NCBI GenBank assembly: GCA_963693365.1
Contig: CAVNZM010000006.1
Coordinates: 9,427,355 to 9,491,354 of the forward strand
Source: Amoebidium appalachense
Lineage: Eukaryota > Protista > Ichthyosporea
Length of the DNA: 64,000 nt
Reading direction: 5' to 3'
Below the pieces are notes generated by a model, which worked only from the letters and a program-made list of their open reading frames with translations, did no database searches and was not told the DNA's origin. A program made the translations under genes and the position numbers. Position 1 is the stretch's first letter; every line of letters begins with the position of its first letter. Of the stretch, positions 34,734-48,710 are shown one piece after another.

Positions 34734-35191
34734 GGAGCGCACAAGTAGCTAGAGCAGGAGCTGGAAAGGGGGAGATGGGACGAGAGAGCAAGGGGATGAC
34801 GAGGGAGCAGGGGACACGACATGTGCATAGAGAATACCGCAGCCAATTCTTCTGATAGGTCGGAAAGAAGCACCACTGCAAGCAGGGGCTTGTGTGTGTG
34901 TGTATGTGTGCTTGTGTGTGTGTGTGTGTGTGGGGGGGGGGGGGGAGGGGAGGGGGGGTCGCATAGCAGCAGTACCGGGCACCAGCGTTCGTACATAGCA
35001 GAGAGAGAGGGCAGGGGGGGGGGGGGGGGGGGGGGGGGGAGGGGGGAGGAGAGGCGGGGAAGAGGGGCGCAAAGGAGAGAGCCAGCACCTGGAAAGATAG
35101 CACACAGCGTGCATGTGTTTATTCATTTGTGTTGAGGCAAGGAGGGGACTGAGGGTGGGTAGGAGGGTGTGGTTCTTTTTTTTTTTTTTTT

Positions 35192-35241
<50 letters not shown>

Positions 35242-35565
35242 TGCAAAAAAAACGAAGGACGGATGGGTCAAGAAACAGACGTGAGGTTAAGGCACACACA
35301 CAACACTGGAGATGGGGAGAAGGAGGGATACACGTGCTGGAGCAGGACATCCAACTGAGCAAGGGAGCAGAAGCTGAAGTTACCCAAAGTGCCAAGCAAA
35401 AATACTAAGCAAGAATGGCAGTAGGAGACAGAAACGAGGGAAGGTGGATTGTGTGCTCTTTGGCAGGCAGGAAGGTGGTGGGTAGCCAGAGAGACGAGGA
35501 AGAAGGAGCGGAGGACAGAGAGGAAATGGAATAGAGGAACGACATGCAAGGAGAAGGGCGGGAAA

Positions 35566-35597
<32 letters not shown>

Positions 35598-35891
35598 GAA
35601 TGCGGAACACGGTACGAAGTACGCATACACGAAGGACAAATGCAAAGGCAAACATTCAAGTATGCAACATCAGGGGGGGGGGGGATGGTGCACGAGAAGG
35701 AGAAATGACAGCAGAAGAGGAAAGGCAGGGAGTCATAGTGTGTGCAAATGTATGCACGTGTGCATGTATGTGCGTGCGCACAGGTGTGATTGTGTGTGTG
35801 TGTGTGTGTGATTGTGTGTGTGTGTGTATGAGTGTGTGTGGGTGTGCGTGTGCCCAAGGGCATGTATGTGCTTTCTTTTTCGGAGGGGTAG

Positions 35892-35922
<31 letters not shown>

Positions 35923-36084
35923 AGAGGAAGCACACGATGGCGGCACACATAAGGTGCCACTGGCTGTTCCACACGCGTCTCAAACAAACCAAATACGCCC
36001 CAGTGTGTGTGGATTGCAGTAGTCCTCCTCCCTCCCCTCTTCCTCCCACCCCCCACACACACATGCACGCACGCACGCACACAT

Positions 36085-36155
<71 letters not shown>

Positions 36156-37230
36156 CACACACACGCACGCACACACACACACACACGCACACACACGCAC
36201 GCACACAACCACAAGCACACGCACGCACACCCACCCATCCACACACACACACAGACGTGTTGCATAGACCCTGCGGCCAGACGCACCTGAGCAGCTTGAG
36301 AATGACCATGTTGTTTTGGCACATTGTCTCGTTTGTCCTGCTGGCCGCCACAATGTCGGGGATGAATGACTGCCAGTTGTGTGGCCACTCCTGCTTGAGA
36401 ATCTGCATAACACCACGTGTCAGCACTCACATGCAGTCAGGGGTATTGGGGGACATTATTACACTGTCTGCAAGCCCCCCCCCCTCCCCCCCCCCCCCCC
36501 CCAAAAAAAAAACAAAAAAAACGCACCTACACCACCGCCCACCCATCCATTCTCTGTACACACACATGTATAAGAACCTAACTCCGGTACATTTAAGGGA
36601 AAAAGCACCATAGCGCAGTGGAAAGGGCGAAAAACACTGATTTGCCTTGCATGCAGAGCCTGAAAGAAGCCCAACATGACCAGCCATCCCCCAAAACAGA
36701 CACACACACACACCCGTGTAGAATAATAACTAAGAGTTACTATGTCAGAATCAGCAACCCTACACGTTCATTCAAACACAGGCATCAACACAGCCACCAC
36801 AATACGACTATCTTGATCCCCCCTAAACATGCGCCTTGCGTGGTGTTGCACACACCAACCCCCTCCCCCCCCCCCCCCCAAAACACACACCCCTCTCTAC
36901 ATATACACTAACGGCACCAAGATGTATTTTGTCATTCACAGTTCCTCCCTCCCTCCCCCCCCCCCCCCCCCCCCACCACCCCCCCCCTTCTTCCCCTCCA
37001 CCCAAGAAAAATCCCGAGAAAAGGACATGCCCATAAGGGAATGGGGATGGCAGGACCAAACGACACTCAATGCTCCTTTGCACGAAATACTACAGAGTGC
37101 TGGGCCGGCGGGTGGCTTGTGCATGTGTCCGTGTAAGCGCACGAATGTAGGGATGTGTGAGTGTTTGAAAAGTGTACGTGTGTTAACAGGCATGCACTAG
37201 CATGTCTTTGCGCATGCAGGTGCACACACA

Positions 37231-37297
<67 letters not shown>

Positions 37298-39378
37298 ATA
37301 AAGCAAATTATTGATTGAGGGAACTTGGATGTGTGTGATAAAAAAAGGGGGATCCAAAGGGCAGTGGGAGCAAGAGCTGTAGGCGTGTGCGTGCTAAATG
37401 GGTGTGTGTTTGTGTGTGGGTAAGAAGAGGGGGGGGGGGGGAGAATTGGAGAGAGAAAGAGAGCATGTGCATGCTAGAAACGAAGAATGGGGAGGGACAA
37501 GACAGCAAAATAGCTGTGTGTGTCCTTGAGCGGATGACGGGGGGGCGTGACAAGGAGAAAGATGGAGAAATGGCAAAAATTGATGAGAAGGGGCTGAACG
37601 GGGGGGGGGGGGGGGGAGTGAAGGAGAGAGGGAGAGGGAGAGGGAGAGGGAGAGGGAGGGAGGGAGGGGGGGGGAGGGGGAGGGGAGAAGGGTGGAAGAG
37701 GGGGAGGGAGGGAAGGAGGGGGGGGGGGGGGGTGGAGCGAAACAGGAAGAGAGAGAATGACAGAGAAACAGCGAAAAGGGGGGGGGGGGGGGGGGGGGGG
37801 AGGGGGAAGGGAAAGGGGGAAAGAAGTGAGGGAGGGAACAGGGGGCCTACCTGGACCAAAATCTGGTTCATTTTCTGCAGGTACAGCTTTTGCTCCACGA
37901 CCATCTGCACATTCGTGCTGGTCGAGATGACCAGCCCCACGATGTATCCTTTGATGGCCTCGCGCTGCTCCGGTGGCAGGCTCTTCCATTTTGTTTTTAT
38001 GGTCTCCTCAAGAATCGAGAGCCCGAAATACTACCACCAAAACCAATTAGTTCCTTGCTTGTAAATTCGCTATCCCTTGCAGTCTCCTTGCCCATTCCTC
38101 CCCATCCTCCCCTCCAAACCACATACACACACCACCACCTGGTGACGCGCACACACCTTCCTTATTTCTACCGATCCCAACTTTCACCACACAGCACCTA
38201 CCCCTTTCATACAGGTACATTGAAACACAGGCAGGACACAAGCTGGAACGTAAGTGGGCTAGGCCACTAATAAAAACAAAACGAGGCAGCATATGAAGAG
38301 TAAACCGTCCAACCCACATGCACAAGACAACAGACAAGTGTGCACCATACCTTTGTTTGTTGGTTTGTGGAGAGCTCGATGATTCTGTCAACCCGTGTCC
38401 ATGCGTCGGGCAAGGCCTTGAACTGCATCAAAGTCTGATTTGCAAGCGCTTGCTGCAAAGGTCGATAAGTCAGTAAACCCTCGTCTCATGGGGTTTTTAA
38501 CAACTCACAACGAGTTTGTTTTGAGGACACAAACCCTCGCCTGAACGGGCCCCAAGGTGAAAGTCCAAGCATATGCATACTGTTACTCTGTGCGTGTTTG
38601 TATGTGTGCTCATGCTGTTTACGCATGCACACACCAATACAACCTATGGTGTAAAGTAATTTTGCTTAACAATATTTTAGGACCGCTTTTGGAGCTGTAT
38701 CTCCTTCAAACCCGCACAGCTTCTACAAAGCATGCTGATGCTACCCAAGTCTAACTCACACATAGCACCAACCAAAAAGCCAAACGAATAGTAGTGCACA
38801 GGCAAAGAAAACAAACAGAAGACACACGACTGGGTCAGGGTGGAAGAGGCAAAAAGAAGGCTCCCCTAGGGTATAAGAAAGCACAACAGCGCATCATAAA
38901 CAAAAAAAAAAGGGGGGGGGGGGGGGGGGGGGGGGGGATCTTGGTGCATGGCAGGGATAACGGTTCACAGCAGGCTAGGGCACAGCAAGACAAGTCAAAG
39001 CAGAGCAATAAGTTGGATCCCGTGTAGTTCAAGATAACAACGGCTTCGGTTCCCCACCCATGCACAATAATTTAGCCCCCTGAAGAAGACAACTGACGCA
39101 CAATACCTCGGGGAACTAATCGAGCAGGCAAAAAGAAACCAACAACCACCTAAAAACGAGTGAGTGAGAAATATAAAGTGCACACCTCACTATACAAGTT
39201 TGTGTCTCCATGCACCATGCATGACCAAAAAATAGAAAGACCGTACCTGTTGTGGCGTTGTGGGAGAGTACACGGTGTTAACAACTGCCTCCAGCAGGCC
39301 AACGTCTAGGTCTCTGGAAAAATCAAGCAGTTGCTGGGCAAGTGCCTCCGTAAGAGGCGGCCCCCGAAGAGAGTTCAT
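25740..39378 (-). CDS. XPO1: Exportin-1 / CRM1 nuclear export receptor, about 17 exons
   Basis: Approximate exons: 39247-39378 ([19 protein letters not shown]); 38351-38452 ([11 protein letters not shown]); 37851-38031; 36286-36402 ([10 protein letters not shown]...[16 protein letters not shown]); 33920-34151 ([13 protein letters not shown]); 32197-32436; 31406-31661 ([10 protein letters not shown]); 30945-31237 ([21 protein letters not shown]); 30123-30441 ([36 protein letters not shown]); 29708-29891; 29390-29556; 28990-29225; 28208-28359 ([10 protein letters not shown]); 27744-27968; 27321-27487; 26132-26229; 25740-25874 (IPGMLNPY). Confidence 0.97.
26553..26895 (-). mobile_element. Family A element, longest copy A2 (XPO1 intron); may extend to about 27270
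   Basis: The core matches A1 and A3, and 26820-26895 matches 62486-62565. Unique non-repetitive sequence continues to the poly-G run at about 27271. Confidence 0.85.
32636..32732 (-). mobile_element. Family B element, short 5'-truncated copy B3 (XPO1 intron)
   Basis: GGGGGTTTGAATGCGGAACACGGTACGAAGTACGCATACACGACGAGAAGCATGG...CAACATCAGCCA is essentially identical to the B5 3' end. Confidence 0.85.
33670..33874 (-). mobile_element. Diverged relative (family C) of the A/B elements (XPO1 intron)
   Basis: Colinear blocks ACGAAGTA, AAGTCATCCA, TCGACCCA, AAACCCAAC and TTCACTTGAACATGGGTGGGTCACCCG match family A. Poly-G at 33640-33668 lies on the 3' side. Confidence 0.7.
35596..35673 (-). mobile_element. 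Family B element, short 5'-truncated copy B4 (XPO1 intron)
   Basis: 78-nt 3' fragment embedded between two poly-G runs. Shares the 15-nt deletion seen in B1. Confidence 0.85.
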
Positions 39379-39779
39379 GGTGCAGGCACGCCGCTGGCGA
39401 GGCCGCCAGTAACCCAAAGATCAAATTAGTGTTACTATAATATGTCTAACACACCATGCTAATAGGTTTACAGCCTACGCTAGCCCAGCCTATGCTTAGG
39501 CTGACAGGATGCTTGAAAGGTGACCCAAGAAACGAAAGCTGCACCTGTCCTACACTCAATTGTGCGTCACACCCACGTGCACAAACAAAACACAAGCTAC
39601 ACAAGTTGGCATAGGTTCACCGTCGGTGAATTCCCTTCAAATCCAAAGCCAAAGTTAAAAAGGGAGAGAGAGGGAGAAAAAACGGCCCGTTTCCGCCAGC
39701 GTGTGCGCCGCAGATGACTCAGGCAGGTTGGCGCAGATGGAACCTTTTCCAAAGCCCAAATCCGATTCGACGGCGGCAG

Positions 39780-39827
39780 TTTCGCGCGCCAACTCAAAAG
39801 TCTTTGTTTTCCCGCTGACGTCACGTG
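39780..39827. promoter_or_regulatory. E2F sites plus overlapping CRE/E-box upstream of XPO1
   Basis: TTTCGCGCGCCAA at 39780-39792, TTTTCCCGC at 39807-39815, TGACGTCA at 39816-39823 and CACGTG at 39822-39827, about 400-450 bp upstream of the XPO1 ATG. Confidence 0.45.
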
Positions 39828-40241
39828 CATAGAAGATTTTATGCACTAATCGTAGGAACGCAATACATTTTAGAGAGTTTAAGAAATGAACGATTTGTGA
39901 TTTTAAATAGGCATTGGTTTACTTTTGTGACAAACCCAGGAACGTTTCATTCAGGCTGTCAGTCCATTGACAACTTGAGCTACTCTGTGGCGCTCTCAGT
40001 TCTTGTCATTCCCTTTTTTTTTCTTTTCTTTTTACTGTACTATATATCCATTCTTAGCCCTGTCTAATGCCCCGGTCGAAATAAAATCCATAAACGATCT
40101 GGTGGGTTCCACCCACAGCGATGTGGGCCCAAACTCGATTGAATCAATTTGACACACACACACACACTCCCCCCCCCCCCCCCCTGAGTCTCTCTCTCTC
40201 TCCCTCGCGCTCTCTCTCTCTCTGTCTGTCTCTCCCTCTCT

Positions 40242-40295
<54 letters not shown>

Positions 40296-40323
40296 TTTCT
40301 TTCTCTCTCTGTCTCTTTCTCTC

Positions 40324-40364
<41 letters not shown>

Positions 40365-40369
40365 AGTCT

Positions 40370-41250
40370 CGGCTTATACGGTGTGTGTTTACGGTGCGCA
40401 CTGACGCAGCGCGTCTGTGTGCACTTTTGTGACTGCACGGGGTGTGTGTGTGCGTGTGTGCGAGTGTGTGCACGGTGGGCGTGTTGTGTGTGTGTGTGTA
40501 TATATATATGTGTGTGTGCAGGGTTCGATTTCTGTTTTTGGAACTTTGGGGTAGGGTCCAAATTGTTTGGGATTTGCCAAAAAAACTTTGGGAAAAGCTT
40601 TGGGAATTTTCATCGCCGCTGCTGCCACTTTTGTGCTGAACCTCAGTTTTAATTGTAAGCATGTTGATAGGCCCTAGTTTTTATGTCGCGTTTTACGTCT
40701 TTTCATCGCCGCTGGTGCCACTTTTGTGCTGAACCTTTTAATCGCAAGCATGTTGATAGGTTGAGTTTTTATGTCGCGTTTTGCCTCTTTCCCTACGGGT
40801 GTCTGCTACACTGGCTGGCAATGTGACCACTTTAGACTTTTTGTGAATTCTGTTGGTCGTCACATTGAGTATTTATATGATTTTCACACAGTGTTCAGGT
40901 ATCTCAGTATGCACTTGTTACTGGATAACTCGTGAAGATTTTTTTTTATTGTCTTCTCAGTATGCCGTGCATACTTGCATATCTTTCCGTCGAATAAATC
41001 CAGTCAAAAGAAGAAAAAAATTCTAGCACAGGTAGGTCTGGGCGTGCAAACAAACGGTCATGATCACGGCCCCCCTCCCTGTACTCCCCTACCGGTACCC
41101 CCTCTAGATCTTCACCCTTATAAGGCCGTGTCGACCCACTGTGATGCCCACTTGCGGCCCGCAAACTCCCCCCTGCCCCTTCCGGCCTCCCCCCTTAACA
41201 ACGTCCTCCCCCCCCCCCCCCTCTCTTCTCTCCCTCTCTCCTCCCCCCCC

Positions 41251-41281
<31 letters not shown>

Positions 41282-41302
41282 CCTCCCCCTCCTTCTCTCT
41301 CT

Positions 41303-41373
<71 letters not shown>

Positions 41374-41907
41374 TTGTACGGTGTGTGTTAACGGTGCGCG
41401 CTGACACAGCGCGTCTGTGTACGCTAGTGTGACTGCATGGGGTGTGTGTGTGCGTGTGTGCGTGTGTGCGCATGTGCATGGCAATGGTGTGCCTTGTGTG
41501 TGTGTACACGTAGGCGCGCGCGTCTGTGTGTGTTTGTGCGACTGCACAGACCGTGTGTTTGCCTGTGCCATGCGTAAGTGTACAGTGTGTGTGTGTGTGT
41601 GCGTATGTGTGGCATGTGTGTGTGTGCTACAGTGTGTGTGTGTGCACACTGTGTGTGTGTTTCTCTCTCTCTGCTTGTACGGTGTGTGTTAATGGTGCGC
41701 GCTGACACAGCGCGTCTGTGTACGCTTGTGTGACTGCACGGGGTGTGTGTGTGTGCGTGTGTGCGTGTATGCGCATGTGTATGGCAATGGTGTGCCTTGT
41801 GTGTGTGTACACGTGGACGCGCGCGTCTGTGTGTGTTTGTGCGACTGCACAGACCGTGTGTTTGCCTGTGCCATGCGTAGGTGTGCAGTGTGTGTGCGTG
41901 TGCGCGC

Positions 41908-41961
<54 letters not shown>

Positions 41962-42042
41962 CACGTGTGTATGTGTGTCAGTGTGTGTACACACACGGTG
42001 TGTGTGCACGTGGGTGGGTGTGTTGTGTGGGTATGTGTGCAC

Positions 42043-42115
<73 letters not shown>

Positions 42116-42159
42116 ACGTGTGTGCACGTGGGTGGGTGTGTTGTGTGTGTATGTGTGTA

Positions 42160-42212
<53 letters not shown>

Positions 42213-42520
42213 GTGTGTGTGCGTGTGTGCACGTGTGTGTGTGTGCTACAGTGTGTGTGTGTGCACACGGTGTGTGTGTCTCTCTCCCTGCTTGTACGGT
42301 GTGTGTTAACGGTGCGCGCTGGCACAGCGCGTCTGTGTACGCTTGTGTGACTGCACGAGGTGTGTGTGTGTGCGTGTGTGTGTGTGTGTGCGCATGTGCA
42401 TGGCCATGGTGTGCCTTGTGTGTGTACACGTGGGCGCGCGTGTCTGTGTGTGTTTGTGCGACTGCACAGACCGTGTGTTTGCCTGTGCCATGCGTAAGTG
42501 TGCAGTGTGTGTGTGTGTGC

Positions 42521-42571
<51 letters not shown>

Positions 42572-42653
42572 CACGTGTGTATGTGTGTCAGTGTGTGTAC
42601 ACACACGGTGTGTGTGCACGTGGGTGGGTGTGTTGTGTGTGTATGTGTGTATA

Positions 42654-42703
<50 letters not shown>

Positions 42704-42789
42704 ACGTGTGTGTGTGTGTGTGTGTATGTGTGTGTGTTTGTGTGTGTGTGTGCAGGTGTGTGTGTGCTACAGTGTGTGTGTGTGCACAC

Positions 42790-42850
<61 letters not shown>

Positions 42851-42892
42851 GTGCATGTGTGTGTGTGTGCTACAGTGTGTGTGGTTGCACAC

Positions 42893-42940
<48 letters not shown>
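40370..42940. repeat. Composite GT-rich higher-order repeat
   Basis: Unit head CTGCTTGTACGGTGTGTGTTAACGGTGCGCGCTGACACAGCGCGTCTGTGTACGC recurs at about 41370, 41671 and 42288, with a diverged copy at about 40372. Repeated internal sub-blocks are interleaved with (GT)n. Confidence 0.85.
40607..40782. repeat. Imperfect tandem duplication of about 90 bp
   Basis: TTTTCATCGCCGCTG..CCACTTTTGTGCTGAACCT...AAGCATGTTGATAGG...TTTTATGTCGCGTTTT occurs twice. Confidence 0.85.
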
Positions 42941-42941
<1 letters not shown>

Positions 42942-43164
42942 TCGTGATTGTGGTGCTTACATGCCATTGAAGGCTTGTGCATGTATATTAAAGTCACATT
43001 TGCGTGTATGATTGTGTGCGTGTATGTGTATACCTGCATGTGTGGGGCGATTAGTTTCCGCAGGGAGGTGCACATGTGACTTCAAGTCACAGCTTCACGA
43101 AGCTGCTGTGCTCGTACCCTACTAGTGTGTGTGCACGTGTTTGTGTGTTTGTGTACATGTGTTT

Positions 43165-43223
<59 letters not shown>

Positions 43224-43554
43224 GGTGGGTGTGGGTGGGTGGGTGCGTGTGTTTCTCTTCTTTCCCGGGCTCGCCCACATGTAGGTATATACGTAAGCGT
43301 ATATATCGCTACAATAGTAAAAAGTCACCTGAAGACCGTGGCAAGTCGCAACTCAAAGTCAGGACAAGTCACCAGCTCCTCTCACCAATTATAATAATAA
43401 GTCAAGTCGGCTTAGCTTGACTTGGTTGAAGTCGAGGTTGCCGTGACTTCAAGTCGCAATATTACGACTCTGCGCTTGCCGCCGCGGGGCTCACATCACG
43501 GTGATGGCACAGCTTGCCCCAGCGCATGCTTAATACGATTCTGAGTTTGATTGG

Positions 43555-43884
43555 ACTAAAAGCTGTAATGGAGCACCGCGCTATAGTTGATGCCAACCGA
43601 TTGGATCACGCCATGTTTTTTGCAACCTGATTGGTTCCGGGATTATTGCAGAACAGCTCAGTCCTTCCCCTTCTCCGTCAACCCAAACTCTCGGTCACGT
43701 CCAAACTAAAAGCTGTAATGGAGCACCGCGCTATAGTTTATGCCAACCGATTGGATCACGCCATGTTTTTTGCAACCTGATTGGTTCCGGGATTATTGCA
43801 GAACAGCTCAGTCCTTCCCCTTCTCCGTCAACCCAAACTCTCGGTCACGTGACCTCCAAACCAAACTAAGTGACCGAGTTTGGG
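43555..43884. repeat. Near-perfect 150-bp tandem duplication followed by an inverted repeat
   Basis: AGCTGTAATGGAGCACC starts at 43561 and 43711 (period 150, one substitution seen). CCCAAACTCTCGGTCAC (about 43832-43848) pairs with GTGACCGAGTTTGGG (about 43870-43884). Confidence 0.85.
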
Positions 43885-44847
43885 AATAATAATTTATTTT
43901 TTATTTTTTATTTTTTATTAAGTGTTTTGTCTTCAATGACGCAGGGCTGATAAAGGTGTCTGAAGGTGCAAATGAAGAAGGTATTATATATGAATTAAAG
44001 GATAGGACATGTCCTGTGCTTTTTGCAGGTTTACTGTTTACCAGCCTACATCATAGCCTCTTTGCTCGAGTGTATTTGTTGTATATTGTGATCGTGTGTC
44101 CGTGACAAACAATATATTTGTAAATGAACGGGGTTGACTAGACCACGCTTTGCTAAGTTACGTGCTAGTCCTACTTACACCTAGTAAGCCGAGCACACTG
44201 AGTGAGCTCTGAAGCCCCCGACATGCCCTTATATCGGAGCTCGCACAGCGGCTCAGACATGCGCATCGGTATGTCCTTTTTGGCTACGAGAGCCAATCAC
44301 ATACGGTTCACGGTTCTGTCCCATGGCTATCACGGTTCCAATAAACTTAGTGAGCCAATCGGGTGACAGTACTTGACTAGCGATGCATTCCACAGTCATA
44401 CCTCACGGCTACTTGCATATTTTCCCATGATAAAACTATAACTTAACGCTCATGGTTCCTCTACTACGTGTCGGTCCCATGTGACTATTATATCTGTTTT
44501 CCCATGAATAATCCTGCAAGCTGCACGTGCACATATGTTTAACTCCATGCTCATGCGCACAAGACTGGGGGGGACATGCATACTGGCCTACCTAAGATCA
44601 AACACAGTGGTATATATACATGTACACGTGCGCGTATATCTCAACCTGTGTACATCCATACTAGATATCCGGTATAATATACCACAGTATTGCAACTCTC
44701 GCTTCCCCCCCCCCCCCCCCCCCCCCTCCCCCCTCCCCCCCCATCTCCTCCGCCATAACCCAGCTTTCCCGCTCATACATAGCCCGTCGTTCCGTCTAAT
44801 GACCCACCACCACCCAACAGAGACTGAATTTCCCTCCTTGCTCCTTA

Positions 44848-44881
<34 letters not shown>

Positions 44882-46307
44882 GGCCCTCCTACCCTCCTAC
44901 CTTCCCTCCCCTTTTCGTCTTTTCATTTCATGATTGGCTACCTTCCCTTTCTGACCCTTCTATATGTCGGTTTCGGCCGTCAGTTTAATTACTAGTGCTG
45001 GAGAGGGCTCAAAAGCAACTGCATGCTGACTTATCCGCAAGCTTACAGTATTGGAAGCCCGCAGATTCGCTCACTGCACTTTGCAGCCCCAGCAGGTGCA
45101 TGGTGCAACTAATTTGTCATGCTTGGTTCCACCGCAATTACCACTACTAAAACCACCACTAGCGCACACATGCACATGGGCACGAGGGCACGCGCACACA
45201 AAAACACACACACAGAGAGATGCGCGAAAAGAGAGGAAGTGAAAGGCAGGAGAGCGAAATGGATATGGAGGGGGGGGGGGGGCAGGAAGCTCGAGAAAGC
45301 AAGGAAAGATGGACTTGGGAAAGAGGGAGGGGGGAACGAGATCGAGCGAATACATGCTCGACCGTGGCACCATATGCATTGAGCAAATATGAATGTCGTT
45401 GCAAGTAAGCGGTACGGCTCAGCATGCAAGTGGAAAGTAGCCGTATGCCAACCATGGCGTCAAAGATTGGAGCTCATCTTTGCGTTGCATGTGTAACCAT
45501 GTCCCCACTCCCCACCGCCCACAGCCCCGCGTCCTCGAGAGGCCGCGACTCTCCTCAACCTCATCCCCTTTTCCCCCTTGCATCGACTTAATGATCTTCC
45601 CTTTGTCCACGCACACTGGTTTTTGAGCTTCAGTCTAAAGACCGCACACATGTAACCGGTACCAGGTCCTCTTTACTGAAACTTCCCTTGTTGTTACCCA
45701 GGTAGTGTACCTGGTCACCTAGCTGCAGGCGGGCTACCTCCTCCAGGACTAGCATGAAGCATTCCAGCGAGTTCTTTGGTCAAATCTGATGACATACCTT
45801 TATTCAATACGGTATTGCTGTTGCACTGCACTCAGCACACGTATGAATACTTTTTATATGCTTTCAGGACCTACGGTTCACCATCAATATGTACATCCAA
45901 TCTCGAAGATCAAAAGAATTTCAACCATGTTACTTGTTATAGTGCCATCTATCTCGTTGACGTGACCAGCATCAACATGCATCAATTCATTCGTTTTCAA
46001 TCAAGAGTAACAAATATAGGTGGCGTGAATGTAGATACACACTATGGGGCATCGCGCACTCGCCAGCAGGATATGAGAAGAGAAAACATCTAACGTTAAC
46101 TATAGGAGGTATAATCATGAGCGTGATCGCGGTTACCTTGTGTTATGCGAGATGTGTACAACCTAAAAGCGCAATCATGGGATGCACAGTTACGTTGTCA
46201 TTTGGAAATTCAATGTGACCGTGGGAAAAAGTTCCTATGATAATAACGGCCGTGAGACACAAAAACACCATGTACATGCCTTCCTGTCAGAATCAAAATT
46301 CTCTCCC

Positions 46308-47636
46308 TCACTTTGCTCCCTTGCTCTTGATCTTCCGCATCTCCTCCTTCACCTCAGTCAGCTTGGTGCGGGGATCAGCTGCACTGTCGTGTGCAAGCAC
46401 AGCCCCACGGTATTGGTCGGCCCTATCTAGAATGAGCTTCACCTGTCGAGTATTTGTTTGATTAGTTGCAAAGCTTTCTGTAGTTGGGCTGTCCTTTATA
46501 TTCACAAGGCCACTAGTTTAGGAACAACAACACAGCTGTAAACCCCCCCCCCCCCCCCCCCGCCTTCAAAACAAAAAAAAAAGGGCTTCTCTCCTCGCCT
46601 CAGCAGGATCACACACACTTGATGTAACCATATCCCTATGTACATAACATGCACACAATAAAAGGCACATAAAAAAAAAGTGGGGCATGCCCACGCAAAC
46701 GCCTGCACACCTCTACCCACCCACCAACACAGACACAGCATACCCAAAACAAGTACACACGGGCTTGCACACACCTGTGTGAGGGATGATCCGGTCAGGT
46801 GCTCCGTGTCTTTGCGCTCGTCTGCAAAGAGTGTGTGCACAGCCTCCTCCAGCGTGGAGGTGTCCACAGTGTCAGCCTGCAAGGCAAGGGGGAAAATGGA
46901 GGGGAGGGGGGGAGGGGGGGGAGAGGAGGGAGGGGGAGGAGGGGGGCTTTTGGGGAGGGGGAGGGGGAGGGGGAGGGGGAGAGGGGGGGGGGGGGGGGGG
47001 GGGGTTGTGTTCGTTCTTGTGTAAGATAGTGACTGTGTGTGCCAAGGGTATGCACAATCAAGTGTGTTTGTGTGTGCCTTGGTTCATTTGTATGTGGAGT
47101 GTGCGTATTGTGTGAGTATTAACCTAGGCAGCACAGGTGCAAATGTTTATTTTTTGTTCGGTGGGTGGGTGGGGCCGGGGGGGGGGGGGGGGGGGGGTGT
47201 TGAATGCGGAACACGGTTTGAAGTACGCATACACGACGAGAAGCATGGTGCAGGACACATGCAAAGGCAAACATTCAAGTATGCAACATCAGCCATGTGC
47301 ACAGTATGCGACATAAGCAGAGCCCATCCTCAGGGAGGACCCAAGTCATCAATTGCGTCTGAGTTTCGACCCCTTAGCCCGCGTATATACGACGTTCCAA
47401 CTCAGACAGCAGCATCAACTGAATTTGGGCAGGTCAACCCGTCTTGATCAAAGACGAGCAGGGTTGCTTATGCAAGCAAGGTGAGCAAAACGGTGAAGAT
47501 GTGCGTGCAAACTAATGCAGTGCAGCGAAAAATGCGTATGTGCTTACAGATGCACGACACAGAGCAACCATGCCCGGTTGCATGGAAGTAAAGCGGTCTC
47601 CACACAGTGGTCTGTCCTGAAAGGACACCTCTGAAA

Positions 47637-47667
<31 letters not shown>

Positions 47668-47831
47668 GGGGGGATCACATACCACCGATGGCTTTGCTTG
47701 TGGGGTGGCAAAGAACAACAGCAGCAGTGGGATGTTTGGATCGGTCGACAGTTCAATCCAATCAGCAAGCTGCTGTTGCAGTGCTGCCGTCGAGATCAAC
47801 GCATGCCTGCAGGTGGTGGTGGTGGTGTTTT

Positions 47832-47895
<64 letters not shown>

Positions 47896-48620
47896 TGGTG
47901 GTGGTGGTGGTGGTGGTGGTGGTGGTGGTGGTGGTGGGGGGGGGGGGGGGGGGGGGAGGGGGGCGCAAGTTAAAGAACATTCCTGGAGCCACCGAAGGAT
48001 ATAGATTTGAGGAGTGTGTCCGGCACTACAGATCATCGAGACTACTTTCTAAGTGTATGTGATTGCATGCAGTCATGCTGTTCATTCGCGCAGTACGTCT
48101 GTGTGTCTGCTGTTCAGTATCGTGTTTTGCAACACTGCATGCCGTGGGGAACGGGAAACACTATTACCACCGGGGAACCGAACCATTAATCAGGTGTGTA
48201 TGCAGCATATCCCTAATCAAACTAAAGAATGAAGCATAAATCAAGTTGAAACTGGACGAAGCAATGACATGCACACGCAGACGAGCAACTCACTTCATTG
48301 TTCGACGCCGGTTGGCCAACACCAGCTCTGTTCTAGTCAGCGTGTGGACTCCATCCCGCGCAATCAACCGGTCGTCATGCTGCACATCCAACAGTCAGCA
48401 AAAAAAAAACACACAGGTCTCTTGCATCAAATACCCCTAGTATGCCTCCTCCGCATTATGCTCAACCTTTCCAATCGAACAACCCGTTTATATCCCCCCT
48501 CTCCTTGCCCCCCCCCCCCCCCTCCCCCCCCCTCCCCCCCCCCCCCCCCCCCCTCCCCCCCCCCCCCCCCCCCCCCCCTCCCCCCCTCCCCCCCCCCCCC
48601 CCCCCCCCCCTCCAACACAC

Positions 48621-48710
<90 letters not shown>

